Source: a virus (Duplodnaviria > Caudoviricetes). Taken from it: a DNA stretch of 28,088 bases. The notes under the pieces were generated by a model. That model saw nothing but the letters and a program-made list of their open reading frames with translations, did not search any database and was not told the origin of the DNA. The stretch lies in the IMG/VR virus record IMGVR_UViG_3300044976_000024, positions 1 through 28,088 of that record. One strand, given 5' to 3'. Shown here piece after piece: positions 14,440 to 22,600 of this stretch (positions within the stretch are counted from its first letter, which is position 1; every line of letters begins with the position of its first letter). Both the position numbers and the translations under genes were made by a program.

Positions 14440-15899
14440 GTCCACACCTTCGAGAAGTCCTGCTCGTAGTCCAGCGAAGTGGTGCCCTGGCCGGGCATGT
14501 CAAAAAATTTTCCGCTGAAGAAGTCCAGCTCCTTCACCGCCTGCACCCCGTACCGCAGCGCATCCATCATGTGGCTGTACTTGTCGTGCAGCGGCCGCTC
14601 GGTCCACATCTGCAGCTTGGTGCTGAACTCGTACTTGTAGTTCTCCAGGCACTCCAGCAGCCACTGGCAGTTCTCCTTGTGGATGACTGCGTTGTACAGC
14701 TGCATCCGGGTCTCCTGAATGTCGGTGATGATCGAGTAGTCGCCCGACCTCGAGCCGGGGATCTTCCACACCTTGCCCGACTTGGCGAGCACCGCCACGT
14801 TGGGGAACCGCTGCCGCATCATATCGGCCGGGGTGGTGTTCACCGCCCGCTCGTGGCTGTCGCCGTCCCACGGCAGGATGATGGCGGCCAGCTTGGGGAA
14901 GTAGTGCTTCACCTGCAGGTCGTCCACGTACTCCGGCAGCGCACGGCCGTGGCCCTCGCCGCAGTCGTAGAGGAACAGCTTGTTGTTGATCCACTGGAAC
15001 GAGATCCACGCGGTGGCGTCGGACTGGAAGCCGGAGGCCCCGATGTCGAACACGGTGTACACCGGGTGGCCGGGGTTGAGGTTGAACTCCTGGATCCGGC
15101 CGTCCTTCTCCATCTGCATGTACGCCTCGCCGTAGACGGCGGCGGCGTCCATCTCCTCGAACGAGCAGTAGTACTCCTGCTCGAACATGCGGGTGTTGCC
15201 GAAGCGCTTGAGGTAGGTGGCCTCGATCCGCTCCAGCTCGTCCAGGGTGAGGACGGGCGGCAGCCCCTCGCGCACCATCTGGGCGTTCACGTCGTCGATG
15301 GTGCGGGTGATGATCTGCGCCTCCGGGTTGCCGGAGAGCGACTCCATCAGCTGCCACAGCGGGTTGCGTCGCTTCCCACGAGGAGTGGACACCACCATGA
15401 GCCGCTTGTTCTCCGCCCGGTTCTCCAGGATCGGGGTGAGCCGGGGGATCGGGTCCTCGCGGGTGAACAGCGCCAGCTCGGTGATGGTGTAGTCCTGGTA
15501 GGAGGTGCCGACGCCGGACTTGTCCTGCCCGGACTGGAAGTAGCCCTGCAGCTTCAGCCGGCTGTGGTTGTTGAACCGGCCCTCCATCCAGGTGTCCTTC
15601 CAGGTCACCAGCTCCTCGGGCACGTTGTCCATCAGGGCGCGGATGTAGTCCCCGGAGACCGGGTCAATGTATGTCTTGTCCCACAGGATGTCGCGAACCA
15701 TAGGATTCGACAGGCTAATGTATACCCCCGTCGTCTTGGGCGTACGCAAGCGCGCCTCGCACTGCTCCATCGAGGCGGCGACGTCCTTGCCGGTCTGCCG
15801 GGGCAGCACCGCCAGGCCGTACCGCTTGGTCCTCCACATCTTGTGGAGTTCCTGTTGATAAGGCCGTGGGATGTAGTGCTGCGGGAACCTGTGCTGCAT
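14436..15899 (-). CDS. terL: Terminase large subunit
   Basis: PRPYQ Q-motif, Walker A PRQTGK, motif III VSTPRG, FEQEY, nuclease VFDIG and HMMDALRY. Confidence 0.92.
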   Translation of the reverse strand: MQHRFPQHYIPRPYQQELHKMWRTKRYGLAVLPRQTGKDVAASMEQCEARLRTPKTTGVYISLSNPMVRDILWDKTYIDPVSGDYIRALMDNVPEELVTWKDTWMEGRFNNHSRLKLQGYFQSGQDKSGVGTSYQDYTITELALFTREDPIPRLTPILENRAENKRLMVVSTPRGKRRNPLWQLMESLSGNPEAQIITRTIDDVNAQMVREGLPPVLTLDELERIEATYLKRFGNTRMFEQEYYCSFEEMDAAAVYGEAYMQMEKDGRIQEFNLNPGHPVYTVFDIGASGFQSDATAWISFQWINNKLFLYDCGEGHGRALPEYVDDLQVKHYFPKLAAIILPWDGDSHERAVNTTPADMMRQRFPNVAVLAKSGKVWKIPGSRSGDYSIITDIQETRMQLYNAVIHKENCQWLLECLENYKYEFSTKLQMWTERPLHDKYSHMMDALRYGVQAVKELDFFSGKFFDMPGQGTTSLDYEQDFSKVWT

Positions 15900-15911
15900 G
15901 CGCTCCCCGGT

Positions 15912-16766
15912 CTAGCGGGTCCACTTCCTGATGGGCTGGGCACCGTTGGTGCTGCCGGGGCGGTAGTTCTGGGGTTGAGTGCCGTTGGTGCTGCCGGGGC
16001 GGTACGGGGCTGTGGTCGGCCCAGGACGGTTCCCACCAGCGATGGTGCGGGGGTCAGGGCCCGGCGCGGGCTGGATGCCGTTAGTGCTGCCTGGGCGGTA
16101 CGGGGCTGTGGTCGGGCCTGGACGGTTCCCTCCGGCGATGGTGCGGGGGTCAGGGCCTGGTGCAGGCTGGGCGCCGTTGGTCATGCCAGGGCGGTACGGG
16201 ATAGGGCCCTGCCCCGGCTGGGCGCCGTTGGTCATGCCCGGGCGGTAGTTCTGCCCGGTCAGTGCAGGGCGATTCCCACCAGCGATGCTGCCCGGGTTCG
16301 CACCTGATACCGGCTGGGCGCCGGTGGTCTGGCCGGGACGGTACGGGGCGGTGGTCGGTCCAGGACGGTTCCCACCAGCGATGCTGTTCGGGTTAGCACC
16401 CGCTGTCGGCTGCTTGCCGGTGGTCTGGCCAGGACGGTAGTTCTGCGGCTGCGTGCCGGTGGTCTGGCCAGGGCGGTACTCGTTCGAAGGCGGGGTGTTC
16501 TGGCCATTCTGCGCAGCCTGGGTGGGGGTCGGTGCCCCGCCGAGGTCGAGCACCAGCCCGGAGTGGATGAGGTCGGCTGGTCCGGGAGTGCCCTTGCTGC
16601 CCTTGGGCACCTTCAGCTTGCCCATGTTGGTGGCGATGATGCGGAGCATCTCGTCCGCGACCTCCTCCACCGTGGCGGGCGGGGTGTTGGTGCCCCGCTG
16701 CAGGCCGAGCGATCGGTCGGCGATGCTCCAGATGCTGTCCCCGGGTGCAACCGTGTACAGAGCCAT
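15912..16766 (-). CDS. LysM-domain protein with C-terminal Pro/Gly/Thr repeat region
   Basis: YTVAPGDSIWSIA...N...DLIHSGLVL (LysM with insertions); 8 copies of YRPG[QMS]T[TN]G and 4 copies of IAGGNRP. Confidence 0.8.
   Translation of the reverse strand: MALYTVAPGDSIWSIADRSLGLQRGTNTPPATVEEVADEMLRIIATNMGKLKVPKGSKGTPGPADLIHSGLVLDLGGAPTPTQAAQNGQNTPPSNEYRPGQTTGTQPQNYRPGQTTGKQPTAGANPNSIAGGNRPGPTTAPYRPGQTTGAQPVSGANPGSIAGGNRPALTGQNYRPGMTNGAQPGQGPIPYRPGMTNGAQPAPGPDPRTIAGGNRPGPTTAPYRPGSTNGIQPAPGPDPRTIAGGNRPGPTTAPYRPGSTNGTQPQNYRPGSTNGAQPIRKWTR
15935..16482 (-). repeat. Intragenic coding tandem repeats
   Basis: Includes a 96-nt duplication (units starting at 15981 and 16077) that differs mostly at synonymous sites. 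Confidence 0.9.
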
Positions 16767-16767
16767 G

Positions 16768-17238
16768 TCACTTGCCCTTCTTCTTCGAGGATGCGCCTTC
16801 GGCGCTCCGGGCCGTGGCGGTGAAGCTGAAGAGCTTGGTGTTGCTGACCAGCCCGCTGAGCGAGCGCACGTAGGCGTTCACACTGACCGCGGCGGCCGGG
16901 GTGGTGACGCTGATCTGCAGCTGGGTGGCGCTGAGCAGCGTGGCGGTCTTGTCGACCCCGCCCCACACCACCACGTCGCCGGTCTTGAACCCGGTGCCGG
17001 TGAGGGTGACCTGCAGCGCAGGCATCGCCACGTTCGCCACCGCGGTGGCGGGGGTGAAGGTGCTGATCACCGGGGCGGTGCCGCTGATCCAGCGGAACTC
17101 GGTATCGACGGCGGCGGCGTTGCTGGCGTACTTCGCACGCTGCGACGCGACGGCGGCGTTCACCGCCGCTGCGGTTTCGGCCGGGGTCTTCACGTACAGG
17201 TGGTCCGGCGGGTAGTACACCGCTGCGTCGTGGGGCAT
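16768..17238 (-). CDS. IPT/TIG (Ig-like) domain virion protein, 156 aa
   Basis: PVISTFTP...VTLTGTGFKTGDVVVWGG...LSATQL...SN...FSF; TAAGGAG SD before ATG 17238. Confidence 0.8.
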   Translation of the reverse strand: MPHDAAVYYPPDHLYVKTPAETAAAVNAAVASQRAKYASNAAAVDTEFRWISGTAPVISTFTPATAVANVAMPALQVTLTGTGFKTGDVVVWGGVDKTATLLSATQLQISVTTPAAAVSVNAYVRSLSGLVSNTKLFSFTATARSAEGASSKKKGK

Positions 17239-17247
17239 GTCCACTCC

Positions 17248-18282
17248 TTAGATCCTCAGCTGGGGCAACCCTATCGTTCCGAACAGCGTCGAGAAGTCCT
17301 CCTGCTCGCCGGAGGTAGGTGCTTTCGAGGATATGCCTTTCTGCGGCGGCGACGCCTGCTTCTTGGACGCCGCCGGGGCTGCGGCCGGCTTGGGGGCCGA
17401 CTGCTTGCGCAGGCTGTCGATGATGGGCTGCACCGGCACGCTGTAGCCGTGCAGCCTGCCGTCGATGCGCACCTCGTACGCCTGGGCCATCGAGGTGAAG
17501 CGGTCGGCCAGGTCGCGGTCGAAGCCCTTGGTGCCGGGGATCAGGTCCGGGTTGTTGCGGAACAGGTCCACCGAGGCGTGGATGGTCTCCATGAAGCCGC
17601 CCGCGTCCTGCATCCAGGTCGCGGCCCGGCCCTCGATCTCCTGGGTGAGCAGCTCCCGGATCGCCTCCTGCCACTCGCGGGCGTCGTTGGAGTCCCGCAG
17701 CGTCTCCATGCCTTCGCCCTGCAGCGAGGGCACCTGCTTGCCCACCAGCATGCGGGGGTGCACCTCGAGCGCCTCGAAGTACTTGGCGTGCTCCTCGCGG
17801 GCGGAATCGTAGGCGGCGGAGCGGTAGCCGTTGGAGAGGTTCTCCTCGATCCTGGTGCTCAGCGCACCGATCTCGGGAGCGACTGCTGCGGCCTCGGCAC
17901 TCCAAGCTGCTGGATCGCCGAGGGCTGCAGGCTGTTCAGCACCTCCGCCAGCATCTCCTTCTGCTCCTTCAGCTCGTCCTGCTGCGCCAGCAGCCGGGTC
18001 GCCAGATGCCCCGTCCGGTCCCTCAGCAGCTCGTCCTGCCGCTGCAGCGCCTGGGACAGCTGCCCCATCGCCTCCAGCAGCACCGCCTTGGTCTGCCGCA
18101 CCTGCGCCTGGTGCACCTCCAGGATCCGGCGCTCCAGTTCCACCCGGTGATGCAGCAGCACTTCCGCCTGCCGCATCCTCTCCTGCGCCTTCCGGTCCGT
18201 CGGGCGCCAGCGCGTCCATGAGCGCACCGAACGCAACGTCCCCCTGAGAGGGGAGGCTGATGGCTTCCTGATCATCAGGCAC
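17248..18282 (-). CDS. Scaffold-like protein, 344 aa (acidic low-complexity N-terminus)
   Basis: GGGAGG SD and GTG start; Ala/Gly/acidic N-terminus, helical core, Pro/Lys linker and short C-terminal helix as in scaffolding proteins; the function is inferred. Confidence 0.65.
   Translation of the reverse strand: MPDDQEAISLPSQGDVAFGALMDALAPDGPEGAGEDAAGGSAAASPGGTGAPDPGGAPGAGAADQGGAAGGDGAAVPGAAAAGRAAEGPDGASGDPAAGAAGRAEGAEGDAGGGAEQPAALGDPAAWSAEAAAVAPEIGALSTRIEENLSNGYRSAAYDSAREEHAKYFEALEVHPRMLVGKQVPSLQGEGMETLRDSNDAREWQEAIRELLTQEIEGRAATWMQDAGGFMETIHASVDLFRNNPDLIPGTKGFDRDLADRFTSMAQAYEVRIDGRLHGYSVPVQPIIDSLRKQSAPKPAAAPAASKKQASPPQKGISSKAPTSGEQEDFSTLFGTIGLPQLRI
17859..18275 (-). CDS. Overprinted coiled-coil ORF nested in the scaffold-like gene, 138 aa
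   Basis: ATG overlaps the upstream stop (TGATG); 37 of 40 codons from 18176 end in G/C versus 11 of 40 in the host frame; L/Q/E heptad-like sequence. Confidence 0.65.
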   Translation of the reverse strand: MIRKPSASPLRGTLRSVRSWTRWRPTDRKAQERMRQAEVLLHHRVELERRILEVHQAQVRQTKAVLLEAMGQLSQALQRQDELLRDRTGHLATRLLAQQDELKEQKEMLAEVLNSLQPSAIQQLGVPRPQQSLPRSVR

Positions 18283-18829
18283 CCTCAGCCTCCCTGCGGG
18301 TCTCTTCCAGCACGTCCACCAGCATCTGCCGGTGCTCGTCGGTGAACTCGAACTTGATCTGGTCCAGCAGGCCCAGGATGCCCTCCTCGCCGAAGAACAT
18401 CCGGTGCACCTCGGCCATCGCCGCGATCTCGATCCCGGCGGCGGGTGAGTCGGGGTCCCACTCCAGCTCCCAGAGCAGGAAGGTGGACTGCCACAGGATC
18501 ATGATGTTGAGGTAGCGCAGCGAGTTGGTCTCGCGGTCCTCTTCGGCGGAGGCCGGGTGCAGGCACTCCGGCTCCTGCTCGATCTCCTCCTCCAGGATCG
18601 CCGCCAGGTCCAGCACCTTGGCGAAGTACACCGCCCGGAAGGCGGTCATGTCGGCGAACCCGACGCCCTGGTAGGTGGAGACGATCCGGTTGGCCCACTG
18701 CGGCGTGATGCGGGCCTCGGACTCCCCGACGGCAGGGGCGAGCACGCCGCGCCACAGCTCCAGGATGGTGTGGTACGGCGCGGCGGCGGCGTCGAGCAGC
18801 TCCTCGACGGCGGTGTCCTTCTCAGTCAT
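18275..18829 (-). CDS. Hypothetical acidic protein, 184 aa
   Basis: ATGA-coupled start at 18829 (MTEKDTAVEE...); strong GC3. Confidence 0.85.
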   Translation of the reverse strand: MTEKDTAVEELLDAAAAPYHTILELWRGVLAPAVGESEARITPQWANRIVSTYQGVGFADMTAFRAVYFAKVLDLAAILEEEIEQEPECLHPASAEEDRETNSLRYLNIMILWQSTFLLWELEWDPDSPAAGIEIAAMAEVHRMFFGEEGILGLLDQIKFEFTDEHRQMLVDVLEETRREAEGA

Positions 18830-19482
18830 CTGACCTTCCCGTTCAGGATCAGTTCGCGGTACTGGGCGTCGATGGTCTGCACCACCGAGCGGATGTCGTA
18901 GCACAGGTCGTTCTCGATGTAGATGCGCTTGCAGGTGCGGGGCACCAGCTCCGCGCCGCCGAAGTACTCCTCGATGTCGGCCAGCGCGAACCCGGAGCGG
19001 TCGTTGTAGGTGTGCACCTTGAACGGGAACCGGGGGTCCTTGTAGATGCCGACCTGGTAGGAGGGGAGCGTGATCTTCACCTCGGCGGGGCGGCCGGTGC
19101 GTTCGCCGGCGACCTCGAAGGTCTCCACGTACTCCCCGCTCTTGATGGTCTCGGTCTTGACCCCGGTGTCCAGGTAGGTCAGCACGCGGCGGCCGCGGGG
19201 CTTGGGGTAGGCGGGCTTGCGCACCTCCTCCTGCAGCCACTCGCGGCCCTCGTCGTCGATGCGGATGACGCCGGGGTCCTGGCTCTGACGCTGGCCGGGA
19301 AGCTCGGCGGGGTCGGGGGCGTTGGCGCGCGGCGGCTCGGCGGCGATCTGCGGGGCGAGCACGCCCAGCTCCTGCGCGATGGCCTTCAGGTCGTCCTCGC
19401 TGTAGCCGGAGTAGCGGTGCTCGGGCTCCCAGCCGTGCGCCTTGAGCGCGTTGTACAGCGCGGCCCGGTCCTGCTGGCCCAT
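18826..19482 (-). CDS. Hypothetical protein, 218 aa
   Basis: AGGAGG SD; strong GC3; short helical N-terminal module, Pro-rich linker and beta-rich C-terminal domain. Confidence 0.85.
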   Translation of the reverse strand: MGQQDRAALYNALKAHGWEPEHRYSGYSEDDLKAIAQELGVLAPQIAAEPPRANAPDPAELPGQRQSQDPGVIRIDDEGREWLQEEVRKPAYPKPRGRRVLTYLDTGVKTETIKSGEYVETFEVAGERTGRPAEVKITLPSYQVGIYKDPRFPFKVHTYNDRSGFALADIEEYFGGAELVPRTCKRIYIENDLCYDIRSVVQTIDAQYRELILNGKVR

Positions 19483-19584
19483 CTGCGGCCCTCCTAGGTG
19501 TCGTCACGCCCCGTTGTGCACCGACCCTAGCACCGCAGGGGTGCGCCAGGGGGGCCGTCGTGGGGGCGCGCACGCCCTTCGGGA

Positions 19585-19685
19585 GTAGACAAGTAGACAC
19601 GTAGTCACCCTGTTTCCTTACTCTCCCTTTTCTTCTCTAAAAAGTAGAGTAAGGGGCTGAGCTGTCTACGTGTCTACATGTCTAC
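19585..19685. repeat. Inverted iteron element: 3 x GTAGAC (8-bp period) / AT-rich core / 3 x GTCTAC; candidate replication origin
   Basis: GTAGAC at 19585 and 19593, GTAGTC at 19601; GTCTAC at 19664, 19672 and 19680; inner inverted repeat CCTTACTCT/AGAGTAAGG. Confidence 0.85.
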
Positions 19686-22600
19686 GGCCTGCCGTAGTCC
19701 AGGTAGGGCAGTGGCACTGCGTTACGGCTGTACGACGTTCCGTCACCTTGGGCGTCGGCTCCGTACTCGAACGTCTCCACGCTGCCGAACTCGTAGCCCA
19801 CGTTCACGCTCACCGGGGTGTAGCGGTACTGCACCACGCCGAGCTGCCCCGTGCCTGGCCGGCCGTCCACCGAGGAGGCGTACAGGTACCACTCCTTCAT
19901 GTCCCGGCGCACCAGCAGCACGTCCTCCACGTCCCAGCGCTGCCCGGTGGGCGCGGCCTCCCCGGCGTCGGTGAACACCTTGGCCACGTCCACCTCGGTG
20001 CCGTGCAGGGTGCGGCCCCGCACGCCGTAGCGCATCGTGCCGGAGAAGTTGCCCAGCACCACCCCCACCTGCTGCAGGTGCGCCCAGGCGTCGTGCGCCC
20101 GGTTCGCGCCCTGGGTGTTGGTCTCGAACGACCACGGGATCTGCTGCTCCAGCACCATCCCGCCGACCACCGCGTGGTCCCGCACCGCCTCCTCGTCCAG
20201 GTAGTACAGCCCGTCCGGCCGGGACACCGACATGAAGGTGTGCGACCCGATGGTGATCGGCTTCAGCGAGCCGCCCTGCACCAGGAACCGGGACCAGTGC
20301 CCCATCTCCGAAGCGGCGTCCAGCACCCACACCTCGTTGCCGCGGCAGCCCAGCGCCAGCGTCTCGCCCTGCGGGTTGTGCACCAGGTAGTACAGCCGGT
20401 TGTCCAGCTGGGAGCTCATGATGCGCTGCTTGGACTCCAGCAGCTGCCACGCGTTGGCGATCTTGTCGGTCTGCGTCTTGTGGTTGATGTTGTAGTTGGA
20501 GGCGGTGGACTTCAGCAGCGACATCCCCAGCGGGCGGTACAGCCCGTTGTTCAGCACCTCCACCCCGAACGGGGCCACCGTGCCCGGCGTGCTGGTGGTC
20601 TCCTCGAACCCCATCACCGGGAACGATCCCGAGCTTCCGGCCTCGACCGTGGCGGGGGCCATGTAGTAGCTGACCGAGCGGCCGTTGTCGTCCGAGCACA
20701 GCACGGTGATGGTGTCCGCCGATTGCGGGTTCTGCCACAGCGCCACGCTGTAGGGCAGGTTCAGGTTGCCGGAGGTCAGCGCCTTCTCCCCGCCGCCGGT
20801 GTTGGGGGTGAACATGGTGTACCGGCCCGGGGCGCTGGAGGACCACTGGATGGTGGCCGGCTGGTACGGGCTGCCCACCAGCACCATCCGGTCCCCGGCC
20901 ACCAGCCCGTTGCGGTGCGCGGGCGGCAGCGAGGAGTTCAGCCGGTTGCCCGGCGTCGGCAGCCACGCGGTGACCGTCCCGGCCCGCCGGGCGGCGGTGA
21001 CCTGGATCCGGCCGCCCACCGGGTACGGCAGCGGCACCGCGCCGCTGGTGGCCTGGTCGGGGTAGATGTCCTGCGAAGCGATCAGCGACCCCTCCACCGG
21101 CACCGCGCCCTGCTCCGGCCAGGACAGGGCGTACAGGTTCCACCGCAGCGCGTTCTCCCGCACCGCCTGGTCGTACACCGCTTGCGGCATCACCACCACC
21201 AGCTGGTCCGCGGACAGGTGCGCCTCGGCGGTGTACGTGCCGGACGGCTCCCCGGTGGCGTTCGGCGTCTCCCAGCGCCAGTCCGACCAGGCCCGGGACA
21301 TCCGCAGCTCGGCGACCTGCGAGGCCGCCGACTCCCCGATGTCGTTCTCGATGGTGTAGAAGAACGCGATCTTGTACGGGTTGGACTCGGCCCCGCCGGA
21401 GGCCACCAGCGTCTTGAGGGTCGGGGTCTCCGCGGTCGGGGCCGAGCTCCCGGCCAGCTGCGCCTGCAGCGAGGGACCCTCGTGCGGCAGGTTGCTGGTC
21501 ACCCCGGACCAGGTGTGGCGGGTGTCGGCGTCCGAGGGGCTGCTGCCGTCGAAGTACGCCCCGCCACCGGCCCCGGCCTCCAGCAGCGCGCCGTCCAGCC
21601 GTACCGCCGCCCCCCGGGGCAGCAGCGGCACCAGCACCTCCAGCGCGCAGGACACCGCGGTCGGCCCCGCCGTCGCGGTCGCGGCGTACCGGGCCCACGA
21701 CCCGGTGAGCGCGGCCCGCTGTGACGGTCCCCGCACCAGCCGCTCCACCGTCGGGTTGGCCAGGTCGGTGGTGTACATCAGCACCGAGACCGTGGCGTTC
21801 GCCGCCTCGGCCTGCATCTTCCTGATCGCCACCGACCCGGCCATCGCGGCGGCCCCGCCCGGCACCGCGTAGGTGTGGGTGCGCACCCGCACGTCGGCGG
21901 GCGGGTGGTGGATCGAGGCGGAGTTCCCGGGCTCCCCGGTCCAGAAGGTGTCCGAGCCGGAGTCGCCGTAGAACATGCCGGTGGGCTCGCCCTCGGCGCA
22001 CACCAGCACGTTGCGGAACCGCACCGAGGTGGAGCCGGTGCCGCCCAGGCTCAGCCGCAGCGCCGCCGCCCCGTCGGAGGACACCAGCGCCGGGCCGGAC
22101 CACCTGCCCGACCCGTAGCCGGTCATGGCGACCCGCTGCCGCGACAGCACCCGGCCGTCGGCGGACAGCGACTCCAGCACCATCTGCGGCACGGTGTCCC
22201 CGCTGCCGGTCTGCACGTCCACCGCCGTCACGTACCGGGCCGCCTCCCGCACCCCTTCGGTGATGACCGGGCCGACGACCAGGAAGTCGGAGTCCGCCGA
22301 CGACGGGCTGATCTCCAGGTAGGAGCCGCTGACGCCCAGCAGCGGGTCGCCCTGACCGGCGGTCCAGCCCACCGACCCGGACGCCGGTACCTCGTGCAGC
22401 GGCCGCGGCTGCATGTTGGTGCGGGCCGGGGCGGAGGCGATCTCCAGCGCCCGCCCGCCCTGCTGCCCGGTGTCGGCCACGGTGCGCCAGGCGCAGGAGT
22501 CCGACTTCGTCCAGTACCGGGTGCCGACCTCGAACGAGGGGTTCAGCGCGACGTTGGTGCGCAGGGTGCGAGCCTGCTCCCCGATCCAGGCGGCGTCCGG

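Noticed and set aside
15935-16482. Repeats as a CRISPR array or DGR template/variable repeat
   Set aside because: In-frame coding repeats with synonymous divergence; no unique spacers, no adenine-specific pattern and no reverse transcriptase in the window.
14571-18150. Long + strand ORFs 14571-16307 and 16453-18150
   Set aside because: Antisense to terL, LysM, Ig-like and scaffold-like genes; no SD and no motifs.
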